Shown: piece after piece, positions 1-10,110 of the stretch
Layout of the letters: each line of letters opens with the position of its first letter
Position numbering within the stretch: position 1 is the first letter of the stretch
Source: Minisyncoccia bacterium
GTDB taxonomy: Bacteria > Patescibacteriota > Minisyncoccia > Phycocordibacterales > UBA9973
DNA length: 64,000 nt
Direction of reading: 5' to 3'
Assembly: GCA_049303835.1 (NCBI GenBank)
Contig: JBAQNN010000002.1
Coordinates: 161,978-225,977 of the forward strand
The notes under the pieces: model-generated
Seen by the model: only the letters and a program-made list of their open reading frames with translations
What the model was told of the DNA's origin: nothing
The model's database searches: none
Program-made: the position numbers and the translations under genes

Positions 1-46
1 GTATCGTTAAAAAATAATGAGTAACAATAAGTGATATAATATTTTT

Positions 47-493
47 ATGGAAAAAGATAAAAAAATTGTCGTGCGAACGAGAGGAATAATTGTTCATGAT
101 GGCAAGCTTTTGGCTGTGAAACATCCCCACGATACTAGTTTTTGTGCTTTGCCTGGTGGGCATCTTGAATGGGGAGAAGGTGTCAAAGAATGTTTGACCA
201 GAGAAATAGTTGAAGAACTTGGGGTTGTTCCACAAGTAGGCAGGCTACTTTATATAAATAATTTTATTGGTGGAGACATAAGACAATCCATAGAATTTTT
301 CTTTGAAATTACCAATTCGCAAGATTACTTAAATATTGAACATCTAGAAAAAACACATGCTCACGAAATAGCAGAAGTGTGTTGGATAAAACCGGAAGAC
401 AATATTCCACTCAAGCCAAATAAACTATGGGAAGATTTTAGAAAAGGAGAGATGCTTTCTGGTGTGACCAGGTATATTTTAAACCACCGGTAG
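47..493 (+). CDS. NUDIX hydrolase
   Basis: Nudix box GGHLEWGEGVKECLTREIVEELGV fits GX5EX7REUXEEXGU; 148 aa. Confidence 0.8.
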   Translation: MEKDKKIVVRTRGIIVHDGKLLAVKHPHDTSFCALPGGHLEWGEGVKECLTREIVEELGVVPQVGRLLYINNFIGGDIRQSIEFFFEITNSQDYLNIEHLEKTHAHEIAEVCWIKPEDNIPLKPNKLWEDFRKGEMLSGVTRYILNHR

Positions 494-2122
494 TTCTACA
501 AGGAAAGTAGAACCTTTGCCGGGGCCTTCGGACTGCGCAGAGACTGTGCCTTTGTGAGCATCTACTATTAGTTTAACCGTGTAGAGTCCGTAGCCGGTAC
601 TGTCTACATTTACTTTTACAGAATCTTTACCTCGTCCACCTTCGGTGAACAAATTCTTTTTATCTTCTTCGGTGATGCCGAGGCCGGTGTCTTTTATTGA
701 AAGTAAAATTTTGTTTTCTTTATTTTCCAGTTCCACTGTTATTTTTCCTTCTTTCGTATATTTAATTGAGTTATCAATCAAATTATTTACTACTTCTTTG
801 AGCCAGAAAGTGTCACCAATAGTTTGGTAAGAACCATCTTTTATTTCTGTTTCTATCTTCAGTCCTTTATTTTCTGCTGCCAATTTTTTTTCTTCTGCTA
901 TCCCCATGACGATATCTTTAAAATTAATTTGCTTCATGTCGTATTTGATAAGCCCATTTTGTATGTTGGCCACATTCAAGACTAAGTCCACTGTCTGTAT
1001 TCCTCCATTATCAAAATCTAGACCTTGCTCTGCCACCTTCTTAATTTCAGGCGATATTTCACCAAAAGTACCATCCAATATGCCGGCAAAAATGAATTTC
1101 GTGCGAGTAAACGAACCCTTCACTTTGTGGGTGACGAGGTGTACCAAACTCTCTCGCTGTTTGATGAGCGTTCGGAGATTGATGGTGAGTTTTATCAATT
1201 CTTCTTTTTGTAATATCTCTTTTTTAACACTACGGATTAAGAAGTAGCCGAGGATTATTGAAGCCATGAAAGTGAAACCATTTAAAACCATATTGATGGG
1301 AACCTGAATGAAGAAAAATTGTGAGCCGATAAGTATTACAAGACCCCAAATCAATGCTTGAGTAGCTAGGAGTTTTATATTAAAAGCGTTAAAGCGCACC
1401 ATCAGGATACTGATATAGATCATAAATATCACCATGCCAAACAAGCCATATAGTTCAAGTGCAGAGTCTGTGAATATACCTATCCTTGTAAAATAGGTTG
1501 CTAGAAACTCCATTCCAAAGAAAGAAAATAAAAATAACTCAATTCCTGTTCCCATGAGAACTATTTGTCTTCTAAAATCGTATGTTGAGACACGATATTG
1601 GCGAATAATCAAGACGAGAATCCAAACCATGGCTAATATTCCAAGGAATGTGCCGTAGATTTTGAATGGAAACCATTCAAAATCAAATGCATCACAATTG
1701 GTTATATTAAAACCACTTAAATTAAGATAGGTTGGTGCGAGAAGAAGGATGGGAGTAATCAAAGCGAGAAGAATCATTTTAATCTTGGCTGTAATATCTT
1801 TCTTATTTAAAAATACATAGATAAAATAAATACAAAATATTGAAATCAGCCCCAAGATTAAGCTAAAGAAAGACCAAACAAATGCTATAAAATGTCCATG
1901 GATATTGGTCCAGGCAATAAGAGTTGATATTGTCCACAAGGAAAAAAGAATAGAGATTACAAACAGAAGTTTATTAAGTAGAAATTGCCTGCCATTCCAG
2001 AAAGCATAGAAACTAACGAGAAGTGCCACTATTGTGGCTGGAATTTGTGCATAGTACAGTAATGACGGAACATCGGGGGAGAAGAAAAAATATGTAGGTT
2101 CTGAAAACAAGTAGCAGATCAT
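479..2122 (-). CDS. Sensor histidine kinase, multi-TM N-terminal sensor, HATPase_c C-terminus; no receiver domain and no cognate response regulator visible nearby
   Basis: About 8 predicted TM helices, then an H-box-like LVHLVTHKVKG and G1/G2 boxes DTGLGI and GYGLYTVKLIV. 3' end overlaps the convergent NUDIX gene by 15 bp. Confidence 0.8.
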   Translation of the reverse strand: MICYLFSEPTYFFFSPDVPSLLYYAQIPATIVALLVSFYAFWNGRQFLLNKLLFVISILFSLWTISTLIAWTNIHGHFIAFVWSFFSLILGLISIFCIYFIYVFLNKKDITAKIKMILLALITPILLLAPTYLNLSGFNITNCDAFDFEWFPFKIYGTFLGILAMVWILVLIIRQYRVSTYDFRRQIVLMGTGIELFLFSFFGMEFLATYFTRIGIFTDSALELYGLFGMVIFMIYISILMVRFNAFNIKLLATQALIWGLVILIGSQFFFIQVPINMVLNGFTFMASIILGYFLIRSVKKEILQKEELIKLTINLRTLIKQRESLVHLVTHKVKGSFTRTKFIFAGILDGTFGEISPEIKKVAEQGLDFDNGGIQTVDLVLNVANIQNGLIKYDMKQINFKDIVMGIAEEKKLAAENKGLKIETEIKDGSYQTIGDTFWLKEVVNNLIDNSIKYTKEGKITVELENKENKILLSIKDTGLGITEEDKKNLFTEGGRGKDSVKVNVDSTGYGLYTVKLIVDAHKGTVSAQSEGPGKGSTFLVELPVV

Positions 2123-2544
2123 ATATTAATATTATTTTTTTCGTTACCTTGTAAAGAGCTTTCTTCTGCGGGTTCGCCTTGCATATTTGGTTCCTCAGTA
2201 AATGTTTCGCAAGTAGCGCCATCCATTTCGGCATCGCAATAAGTTATGGAACAAAAACGATCTTCCGGAAGGCATATATTGGCTGTTTCACAGTCTGTAA
2301 TATCGTTACCGCATTCCTTGCGTAAATCAACCGCATATTTTTGCATTAGAGAATAATAATATTCTTCTGTACATGCGTCATCTTCACAACCCATAAAACA
2401 CTGTGCTGTCGCTGGGTCGCATTCACCTTCATATCCGACGATATAATCATGATTAACCATAAAACGGTAGTAAGTGATGACCCCGATCACTATGACAGAT
2501 ATTGATAGAATATAGAAGAGAAAATTATTGCGAAAATGTTTCAT
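2119..2544 (-). CDS. Small membrane-anchored cysteine-rich protein, translationally coupled to the histidine kinase (ATGA overlap)
   Basis: N-terminal TM FLFYILSISVIVIGVITYY followed by about 10 Cys in 100 aa (CDPATAQCFMGCEDDAC...CGNDITDCETANIC); the stop overlaps the HK start codon. Confidence 0.5.
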   Translation of the reverse strand: MKHFRNNFLFYILSISVIVIGVITYYRFMVNHDYIVGYEGECDPATAQCFMGCEDDACTEEYYYSLMQKYAVDLRKECGNDITDCETANICLPEDRFCSITYCDAEMDGATCETFTEEPNMQGEPAEESSLQGNEKNNINI

Positions 2545-2600
2545 GCTGTTTTGCTATAGTATAACAGAAATTAGATATTAGGTGAATAGTGATATATATA

Positions 2601-3518
2601 TTACGAAATAAACAAAAGATAAGTTCCAATTCCAGTTATACAAATAGCGATAATTTTTTGAGCAATGTGCTTTGCTTGTATTTTTTCTACCGATATTTTG
2701 GGAAAAAAGATAGTAAGAAATATCCCTATGCCCAAGACGAAGACAGGCTGGAAAGAGTCTGTGAGGAGTACTAATGCGATAGGTACAAGTAAATATGCGA
2801 AAGAAAATGCGAAATTTCCAAGCATAAAGAGAAATTCGTTTATAAAATTGAGGGACAAAATTGTCTTGGAATTATTCCTCATCGCTGCAAGAAAATTTAT
2901 TCTATAAGAACGCATAAATATGAAAATGCCAATACCTATTACCACCAGCATGAGATGTTCCCAAAAAAGTGATCGCCAGAGATTTTCTTCAAGGGCAACA
3001 GCTTTAAATACGACCGAACCGAGTGCCCAAAAAAAGGCTGCTGCAAGCATAGGCGGAATAGTTTTGCGGCGAAGTTTAAAATTATTTTCTGAGTCTATTT
3101 CAAAGGAAATTATTGTTGTACCCAAAATAACCATCGCCATAGCTATGAGTTGCATTTGATTCAAGGTTTCTCCAAGAATGAGATAACCCAATACATATCC
3201 GAACACAGGAACAAGTTGATAAAATACAATAGTGACAGATGCCTCTTCGTGTTGGAGGGCTATCAGATAAAACCATAATACCAATACGTTCAAAATTCCC
3301 ACGATCGCAAGTATAAAAATGCTCATACTGTCGGTTTGTAATATGGTAGGATCTGCTATAAAAAAAAGTGGTAAAGCAAAAACAGAAGCGAAAGATGAAA
3401 AGAGTAGAAGTGTGCCTACTCCGCTTTCCTTAAAATATTTTTCCAAAAGAATCTTGTCTATATGATTCGTAAGGGCGTATAAAAATGGACCAGCAAGTGC
3501 TATCAAAAACCAACTCAT
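2601..3518 (-). CDS. EamA/DMT-family transporter
   Basis: 305 aa, about 10 TM helices in a two-EamA-repeat arrangement. Confidence 0.65.
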   Translation of the reverse strand: MSWFLIALAGPFLYALTNHIDKILLEKYFKESGVGTLLLFSSFASVFALPLFFIADPTILQTDSMSIFILAIVGILNVLVLWFYLIALQHEEASVTIVFYQLVPVFGYVLGYLILGETLNQMQLIAMAMVILGTTIISFEIDSENNFKLRRKTIPPMLAAAFFWALGSVVFKAVALEENLWRSLFWEHLMLVVIGIGIFIFMRSYRINFLAAMRNNSKTILSLNFINEFLFMLGNFAFSFAYLLVPIALVLLTDSFQPVFVLGIGIFLTIFFPKISVEKIQAKHIAQKIIAICITGIGTYLLFIS

Positions 3519-3536
3519 ATAATATAAGTATATACC

Positions 3537-4493
3537 CTATCTTCTATAAACAGAAATTTTATATTTTTTAAGAAAATTAACTGGGTGGTAACTTGTTTTT
3601 GATTTTTTAATATATTCAATTCCCAAATCCTGTTCCCAATTCCAGTAGAGTATGCTTCTGCTCAAAAAATACTGAGCCAAATTTTTATTTAAAAAATCAT
3701 AAATACCTTTATATGATATATCTGCCTTGATGAAGTGAGACGTTGCATATTGGAAGGGAGATATTTCATCAACACTAAAGCCAATCATGGTGTTGTGTAA
3801 AAACACACACGATAGAATCAATTTTTCATCGTTAACTGCTTGCAACAATCTTTTTATTGCCATTTCTTCGTATTCAAAGTCGTAATTTTTTTTGTCTATT
3901 ATTTTCTTATCTTTCCAATGGCGAGACACAGAAATGATTTGCTCATGTATCTCTGCACTGTTTATCTTTTTAATCTCAAAATGTGCGTCAGGGTACTCGC
4001 GAGAGAATTTGTCTGCGGAATGTCTTTTACCTTTAAATTTTACCCCACGCAAACTTGCCAATTCGGATACATTGAATACATAATCAAAGTTGTCTCTATC
4101 TTCTTCTACTAAAAACTCTGAGCCCGATAAATTATTTACTGATTCTTCGGGAACAAGACGAAGCACGGCAGATACCCCAGATTTTTCGGCAAAATGAACA
4201 AGTTCACGCACGGTGTTTTCGGTTTCGTTGGTGCCCAAAAAGGAAAAAAATGGTTCACAAGTTTCATAATCGGTGAATCGTATAACAAGATTTTCATTCA
4301 ACTCAGAGATCATGCGTTCATTTTTGATGTCCCACGACCACAAGCTTGTAAAGTTGAAATCAGAATAAGGCTGGTATTTGTGAGTAAATGATTCAATTGC
4401 CTCTCTGTCCTCAAGGTCAATTTTTTTAAAATTAGGAAATTTGGGAATCATATAATCTATAATAAACCACACAACCAAGACCGCAAAAACCAA
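3537..4493 (-). CDS. Hypothetical protein, possibly DUF2156 (MprF C-terminal-like aminoacyl-lipid synthase domain)
   Basis: N-terminal motif YSDFNFTSLWSW resembles the DYSFANLFIW signature of LPG-synthase C-terminal domains; weak. Confidence 0.35.
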   Translation of the reverse strand: MVFAVLVVWFIIDYMIPKFPNFKKIDLEDREAIESFTHKYQPYSDFNFTSLWSWDIKNERMISELNENLVIRFTDYETCEPFFSFLGTNETENTVRELVHFAEKSGVSAVLRLVPEESVNNLSGSEFLVEEDRDNFDYVFNVSELASLRGVKFKGKRHSADKFSREYPDAHFEIKKINSAEIHEQIISVSRHWKDKKIIDKKNYDFEYEEMAIKRLLQAVNDEKLILSCVFLHNTMIGFSVDEISPFQYATSHFIKADISYKGIYDFLNKNLAQYFLSRSILYWNWEQDLGIEYIKKSKTSYHPVNFLKKYKISVYRR

Positions 4494-4563
4494 TCTATGT
4501 ATGCATATTGTACCAGTAACCGAGAAAACTTGCCATGCAAAATGGACATGTTATGATTGAGGC

Positions 4564-4920
4564 ATGTTAGACAAGAAAAAAATAAAAGAAAAGCTGGAAA
4601 AGGAGAGAGACGCTCTGCTTGAGCAGATGAAAGGTATGGGAAAGTTGAGTGGTGAAACCGGTGAGTGGGAAGCCATCCCAGAGGAGCAGGAATTTCCTGA
4701 AGCGGACGAAAACGACAAGGCGGACCGCTTTGAAGATTTTGAGGCCAGGAGCTCTATGGTAAAAACTCTAGAACCAAGATTAAAAAATATTTTGAAAGCT
4801 CTGAAGGGATTGAACAGGGAATCTTTTGGCAAGTGTGAAGTTTGCAAAAAAGATATAGAAATGACACGTCTGGAGGTAAACCCTGCGGCGAGAACTTGTA
4901 AGAAACACCTTGAAAGTTGA
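4564..4920 (+). CDS. DksA/TraR-family C4 zinc-finger protein
   Basis: Coiled-coil N-terminus plus CEVC-x17-CKKH zinc-finger at the C-terminus. Confidence 0.7.
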   Translation: MLDKKKIKEKLEKERDALLEQMKGMGKLSGETGEWEAIPEEQEFPEADENDKADRFEDFEARSSMVKTLEPRLKNILKALKGLNRESFGKCEVCKKDIEMTRLEVNPAARTCKKHLES

Positions 4921-5006
4921 AAGTAAAAAAAGTTTTAAAGTTGAAAGTAGATTTTTTTGAATTTAAACTTTAAGAACATTATGAACTTTGTAACTTTAAA
5001 CTACTA

Positions 5007-6593
5007 ATGAGTTTTGCAAAAGTTTATTCAGCACAAGTCAATTTGCTTTCCGGCGTCATTGTGACTATTGAAGTAGATCTCTCGCGGGGATTGCATACTT
5101 TTAGTATTGTCGGTCTGCCGGATAAGGCGGTAGATGAATCCAAAGATAGAGTAAGTGGTGCTATCAAAAACTCCGGGTTTCAATCTCCCAAGGCCAAAAA
5201 CCAAAAAATAATCGTTTCTCTATCACCGGCGGATTTGAAAAAAGAAGGGCCGTTTTTTGACCTCGCTATCGCTATTGCTTATATGCTCGCGGCGGGGGAT
5301 ATCAAATTTAATTCGGAGAAAAAAATTTTTCTAGGGGAGCTCGGGCTAGATGGCACCCTAAGGAGAATTCGCGGAGCCTTGCCACTCGTTCAGGAGGCAA
5401 AAAGACTCGGGTTTGAAGAAATATATTTGCCGAAAGAAAATGCGGTTGAGGCGGCTCTAGTAGAAGGGGTTACCATTTTTGGGGCAGATAGTTTACAAGA
5501 AGTAGTGGAACATATTGATGAGACAAAAATTTCCCACTTTGATAAGGAAGGGGCAGGAGGTGGTAATTTAAAAAATAAAATTCCCGCTCAACCTAAAACA
5601 AAAATTATTTATAAAAAAGAAACACGAGGCGCGGATTTTTCCGATATTCGCGGACAAGAAGGTGCCAAAAGGGGACTGGAAATTGCGGCGGCCGGTGGAC
5701 ACAATATCGCTATGTATGGACCACCAGGTACAGGCAAGACGATGCTCGCCCGTGCGTTCTCCCAACTTTTGCCGGATTTGGAGGTAGAAGAAGTTTTAGA
5801 AATTACCGGTATCCATTCGGTGGCTGGAAGCACTAAAGGAGAGCTCGTCTGTTCTCCACCATTCCGCTCTCCACATCATACCGCTTCTTATGTTTCCATT
5901 ATCGGTGGAGGTACTTATCCCAAGCCCGGGGAAGTGACTTTGGCTCATCGGGGGGTTTTGTTTCTGGATGAATTTCCGGAATTTGAAAAAAGAGTCGTAG
6001 AATCTTTGCGACAACCACTTGAAGATAATTTGGTTTCTATCTCTCGGGCCAAAGGTTCGGCCGTTTTTCCTTCCAATTTTATTTTAGTGGCGGCGATGAA
6101 CCCTTGTCCTTGCGGAAATGCCGGCAACAAACAAAAAGCTTGTGTATGCAAGCCTTCTGACTTGGATAGATACAAGAGAAAGCTCTCCGGGCCTATCGTA
6201 GATCGTATTGATTTGTGGGTGTCCGTCGGTAACGTGGATTACAAGAAATTGGGAGGGGAAGGAACGGGCGAAAAAAGTGAAAGTATAAAAAATAGAATAT
6301 TGCGTGCGCGAGAGCTTCAGAGAAATAGATTTAAAAATTTTCAAAAAGATATTGGGAGAAATATCACGACCAACAGTGATATGAGTGTAAAAGATTTGGG
6401 GCTGATGGTGCCTCTCGGTGGTAAAGTGCGGGATATGTTAGACGACAGTGCTGAACGTTTGGGTTTATCTGCTCGCGCGTATCACCGGGTCATCAAAATC
6501 GCCCGCACCATAGCAGACCTAGAAGGCTCCGAAAATGTGGAAGAAAATCACATACTGGAGGCGATACAGTATAGGCCAAAAGTGAATAGTTAA
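5007..6593 (+). CDS. comM: YifB/ComM family Mg-chelatase-like AAA+ ATPase
   Basis: N-terminal Lon-like domain (SxVxLxGxxVxIEVDLSRGLHxFxIVGLPDKAV), Walker A GPPGTGKTMLA, C-terminal ChlI domain. Confidence 0.85.
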   Translation: MSFAKVYSAQVNLLSGVIVTIEVDLSRGLHTFSIVGLPDKAVDESKDRVSGAIKNSGFQSPKAKNQKIIVSLSPADLKKEGPFFDLAIAIAYMLAAGDIKFNSEKKIFLGELGLDGTLRRIRGALPLVQEAKRLGFEEIYLPKENAVEAALVEGVTIFGADSLQEVVEHIDETKISHFDKEGAGGGNLKNKIPAQPKTKIIYKKETRGADFSDIRGQEGAKRGLEIAAAGGHNIAMYGPPGTGKTMLARAFSQLLPDLEVEEVLEITGIHSVAGSTKGELVCSPPFRSPHHTASYVSIIGGGTYPKPGEVTLAHRGVLFLDEFPEFEKRVVESLRQPLEDNLVSISRAKGSAVFPSNFILVAAMNPCPCGNAGNKQKACVCKPSDLDRYKRKLSGPIVDRIDLWVSVGNVDYKKLGGEGTGEKSESIKNRILRARELQRNRFKNFQKDIGRNITTNSDMSVKDLGLMVPLGGKVRDMLDDSAERLGLSARAYHRVIKIARTIADLEGSENVEENHILEAIQYRPKVNS

Positions 6594-6964
6594 AAACCAC
6601 CGAGACCGCAAGCGGCATTTTTTGTTTGCATAAGAACTTCCCAAGAGCACCACTGGTGCCAAAGAAGCATGTCTACTAAGAAAGTTATGATGACTAAAGA
6701 CACGAGGGCCGCAAAGATTCTTATTGTTCCTTCAATTTCAGACCTTCTTATTAAATAACCAGCCAAACCGATGCTGCCTATACCTACAATTAAAGACAAT
6801 GGTTGCGAAAGGGAAGCTATCGTGTTCCAAATACCAAATGGCACAAAAAGACCCACAAACATTACCAAAGGTCTCAAGGGGTCTACACGAAGAAAAAACA
6901 TTAATAAATATAATAGGGTAGACCCAATCCATATACTCCAAATGCTAGTAAAAAACTTTTTCAT
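6590..6964 (-). CDS. Small integral membrane protein
   Basis: 124 aa with 3-4 hydrophobic helices; 4-bp overlap with comM. Confidence 0.4.
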   Translation of the reverse strand: MKKFFTSIWSIWIGSTLLYLLMFFLRVDPLRPLVMFVGLFVPFGIWNTIASLSQPLSLIVGIGSIGLAGYLIRRSEIEGTIRIFAALVSLVIITFLVDMLLWHQWCSWEVLMQTKNAACGLGGF

Positions 6965-7023
6965 AATTTGATTATATCAAACAAGGCTATTTCAGCTGTC
7001 AGAAGTTATCCACAGAGGGCAAG

Positions 7024-7052
7024 TTGACAGTGAACGAGCGTTCACCTATACT
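7024..7052 (+). promoter_or_regulatory. Sigma70-type promoter TTGACA-17-TATACT with an SOS (Cheo-type) box GAACGAGCGTTC in the spacer
   Basis: TTGACA at 7024-7029, palindrome GTGAACGAGCGTTCAC at 7030-7045, TATACT at 7047-7052; lies upstream of a small ORF and lexA. Confidence 0.6.
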
Positions 7053-7104
7053 ATACACATAGGTTGTTTGAGGTCGTTTTATAAAAAATAAATAGTATAA
7101 ATTT

Positions 7105-7311
7105 ATGTCACAAACACAATATCTAAAAATGCTAGAAAGAGAGATACAGAGAGTCAACAGGAAAATTGACTTGAAGATCTTGGAAGGAAGAAATTATATG
7201 AAAGAGGCGAGAGAGCACAAACTCCTCTTGAAGAAAGTTCGTTATCACTCCCGAAGGAATTTCTTTAGCAAGTTTTTCCCGACTCTTTTTAATTCCAGGT
7301 TTCAGTTCTAA
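7105..7311 (+). CDS. Small coiled-coil protein, first gene of the putative SOS-box-controlled lexA operon
   Basis: 68-aa ORF between the LexA box and lexA, 3 bp from the lexA start; charged heptad-like sequence. Confidence 0.35.
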   Translation: MSQTQYLKMLEREIQRVNRKIDLKILEGRNYMKEAREHKLLLKKVRYHSRRNFFSKFFPTLFNSRFQF

Positions 7312-7314
7312 CTC

Positions 7315-7881
7315 ATGAAAAATTCTCATCAAATTAAATTAGAATCTTTCTACACGGAAAACAAAAGGATGCCTACGTATTCGGAGATGATGAAACTTTT
7401 TGGTTTCAAATCTAAAAATGCTGTTTTCAAAGTCGTGGAGAGACTGATAGAGGCGGGAATGGTGGCCAAGGATCATTTGGGTAGACTAATTCCTGCAAAA
7501 TCTTTTGGTGAAATTCAGATGGCAGGGTTTGTGACGGCAGGACTTCCAGCTAATGTAGAAGAGGAATTGGTAGACACGGTAAACCTGGATGACCTTCTGA
7601 TTAAAAACAAGCCCCTTACTTATATGCTAGAAGTGGATGGAGACTCCATGATAGATGCGCATATAGAGAAAGGGGATATGGTGCTAGTAGAGAAGACGAA
7701 TACCGCCAAAGACGGACAGATAATTATTGCCGAAGTGGATGGGGAATTTACGATGAAATATTTTAAGCAAGAAGGGAACAAAGTCTGGCTGGAGCCGGCC
7801 AACAAAAACTATAAACCGATTTATCCGGGGCATTCGCTAAATATAAATGCCGTGGTAAAAGCGGTGATTAGAAAATACTAG
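7315..7881 (+). CDS. lexA: LexA repressor (S24 peptidase)
   Basis: N-terminal wHTH; Ala-Gly cleavage site (QMAGFVTAG); catalytic Ser/Lys region DGDSM...KTNTAKDGQIIIA. Confidence 0.9.
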   Translation: MKNSHQIKLESFYTENKRMPTYSEMMKLFGFKSKNAVFKVVERLIEAGMVAKDHLGRLIPAKSFGEIQMAGFVTAGLPANVEEELVDTVNLDDLLIKNKPLTYMLEVDGDSMIDAHIEKGDMVLVEKTNTAKDGQIIIAEVDGEFTMKYFKQEGNKVWLEPANKNYKPIYPGHSLNINAVVKAVIRKY

Positions 7882-7893
7882 AATAACCAAAAC

Positions 7894-7920
7894 AAAAAAC
7901 CCCCTAACGGGGATTTTTTG
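7894..7920. terminator. Bidirectional rho-independent terminator between lexA and hup
   Basis: AAAAAACCCC-taac-GGGGATTTTTT. Confidence 0.6.
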
Positions 7921-7940
7921 TTTTATCTCGAGATAAAATA

Positions 7941-8213
7941 TTAAGCAACCATATCCTTCAAACCTTTTGCAGGTCGGAATTTAGGTACTTTCTTGGCAGC
8001 TACTTTTACTTGCTCTCCAGTCTTTGGATTGCGAGCCATGCGGGCTGCACGTGTCTTTACGGAAAAGATTCCGAAGCCGGCGATTGAAACTTCTCCTCCT
8101 TTTTTCAAGGTTTGGATGATAGCATCAAACATTCCGTCTACGACTTCTTCAGCTTGTACTTTTGTACCGCCTAATTTTCCATGTACCCATTCTGCTAATG
8201 CTTGTTTATTCAT
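7941..8213 (-). CDS. hup: HU/IHF-family DNA-binding protein
   Basis: 90 aa; GFGIFSVKTRAARMARNPKTGE arm motif. Confidence 0.9.
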   Translation of the reverse strand: MNKQALAEWVHGKLGGTKVQAEEVVDGMFDAIIQTLKKGGEVSIAGFGIFSVKTRAARMARNPKTGEQVKVAAKKVPKFRPAKGLKDMVA

Positions 8214-8376
8214 ATAAATTATTCAAACAACATTAATAATTTTTCGACCTTGGCCCTGACGCTACGGTCAAAAGGGCTGTTTCTCCTTACAATTACTAAC
8301 CATGTACTCTAGTACCATTATATATCAAGGGTTTTTTAAGGCAAGGGTTTGCCCTAAGTCAGATTTTGGGGAAATT

Positions 8377-9903
8377 TTAGCGAGCGTATTCGGTGATTCG
8401 TGTTTCCCGAATCAAAGTGACTTTGATTTCGCCAGGATATTTGAGTTCTTGTTCTATTTTAATGGCAATATCTCGGGCCATGAGCTTTGCTTCAGCATCT
8501 GAAATTTTTTCAGGAGTGACAAATATGCGTATTTCTCGTCCTGCTTGCAGAGCATAGGATTTTTCCACAGAAGGGAAGGCGTTTACCAGGGCTTCAAGTT
8601 CTTGCAGTCTCTTTAAGTAGTTTTCTACCGAGTCACGTCTTGCTCCAGGGCGTCCACCGGAGATGGCATCGGCTGTCTGGACGATGATGGATTCAACGGT
8701 TTCGTAAGGGTAATCTTCGTGGTGACTCTTCATAGCGGTGATAATCTTCTCATCTGCCCCGAATTTCTGCAAAATGCGCATACCTATCTCAATGTGGGTG
8801 CCCTGTACTTCATGGTCCAGTGCTTTTCCGATGTCGTGTACCAGAGCTCCGGCTTTAGCGACTGCTACATCTGCTCCCAGTTCTTCGGCGATCATGCCAG
8901 CGATATGTGCCATCTCTACTGAGTGTTGGAGAACGTTTTGTCCATAACTCGTTCGGAAATATAATCGCCCCAAGATAGCCACGATGCGTGGATCAAAATT
9001 GAATATTCCACACTCATATACAGCTTGTTCACCTTTTTCTTTTATTATTTTATTTATTTCTTCTTTGGCTTTTTCCACCAATTCCTCAATCTTGGCAGGC
9101 TGAATTCGTCCATCTAAAATCAAGTTTTCAAGTGCCAAGCGGGCCACTTGTCTCCTGATGGGATCAAAGGAAGAGATGACAATAGAACCTGGAGTGTCAT
9201 CTACGATGAGTTCCACTCCGGCAGCTCGTTCAAAGGCGCGAATATTTCTACCTTCCTTTCCTATTATTTTCCCCTTGATTTCATTGTTTGGAATGGATAC
9301 GACTGTCGTCATAAGTTCTGACGCCGTACTGGAAGCCAAACGTTGGATGGAAGTGGCTAGGATATCTTTGGCTCTTCTATCCAATTTTTCTTCGTTACTG
9401 TTTTCCAGTTTTTGTATTTTTACCAGAATATCTTCTTCGTATTTTCTCTCCACATCTCGGAGAAGTTCGTTTTTTGCTTCTTCCTCCGTCAGCCTGGCTG
9501 TCCTTTCCAGCTCTTGTATCTTCTCCGCCTCTATTCTCAGGATCTTTTCCTGAACCTTCTTTACTTCTTCCACCCGAAGCTTTATTTCTTCTGCTTCTTT
9601 ATTTACCTCTACTTGGCGCACATCCAAAAACTCATCTTTTTTGATAAGTCTTTTCTCTGTCTCTCTATATTCTTGTTCTTTTTTCTTCTCCTCCTCTTTT
9701 AAATTCGCTAGTTGTTCCTCATATTTCTTCTTTGCTTCATCTGTAATCTTTTGGGCCTCTTCTTTGGCTCCGATTAGCATCTGTTTAATGTCTATCTCTA
9801 TAGATCTCCTTTTTCCAAGAGCGACTAAAAGACGCAAATAGTATCCTACCCCGATGCCCAAAAGGAGTACTCCGACTCCGATTAGAATTATTAGTATGCT
9901 CAT
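8377..9903 (-). CDS. rny: Ribonuclease Y
   Basis: N-terminal TM, coiled coil, KH domain, HD domain (HDIGK...H). Confidence 0.9.
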   Translation of the reverse strand: MSILIILIGVGVLLLGIGVGYYLRLLVALGKRRSIEIDIKQMLIGAKEEAQKITDEAKKKYEEQLANLKEEEKKKEQEYRETEKRLIKKDEFLDVRQVEVNKEAEEIKLRVEEVKKVQEKILRIEAEKIQELERTARLTEEEAKNELLRDVERKYEEDILVKIQKLENSNEEKLDRRAKDILATSIQRLASSTASELMTTVVSIPNNEIKGKIIGKEGRNIRAFERAAGVELIVDDTPGSIVISSFDPIRRQVARLALENLILDGRIQPAKIEELVEKAKEEINKIIKEKGEQAVYECGIFNFDPRIVAILGRLYFRTSYGQNVLQHSVEMAHIAGMIAEELGADVAVAKAGALVHDIGKALDHEVQGTHIEIGMRILQKFGADEKIITAMKSHHEDYPYETVESIIVQTADAISGGRPGARRDSVENYLKRLQELEALVNAFPSVEKSYALQAGREIRIFVTPEKISDAEAKLMARDIAIKIEQELKYPGEIKVTLIRETRITEYAR

Positions 9904-10110
9904 AAGCTTGTATCAGCTTACAAGAACAAGCCATTATATTGCCAGTTTCATTTCTGCTTTTGCGGAAACGTGCTTTAAGATTTTAGAATTTTCTCTTACA
10001 AACTTCATAATATATGGAATATTCCTGTGAACCAACCTAAATTAAGTGAAATAAATTTTTAAAATTCAACACACTCAATATACCAAATTAAAAGGAATAT
10101 GTCCAATTTT

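Noticed and set aside
4900-5006. Short direct repeats AAAGTTGAAAGTA / AACTTTAA between dksA-like gene and comM
   Set aside because: Low-complexity AT-rich intergenic sequence; too short and imperfect to call a functional repeat
8214-8376. Possible tRNA or ncRNA in the hup-rny intergenic region
   Set aside because: No cloverleaf-compatible arrangement or conserved tRNA boxes found by eye; only a weak hairpin
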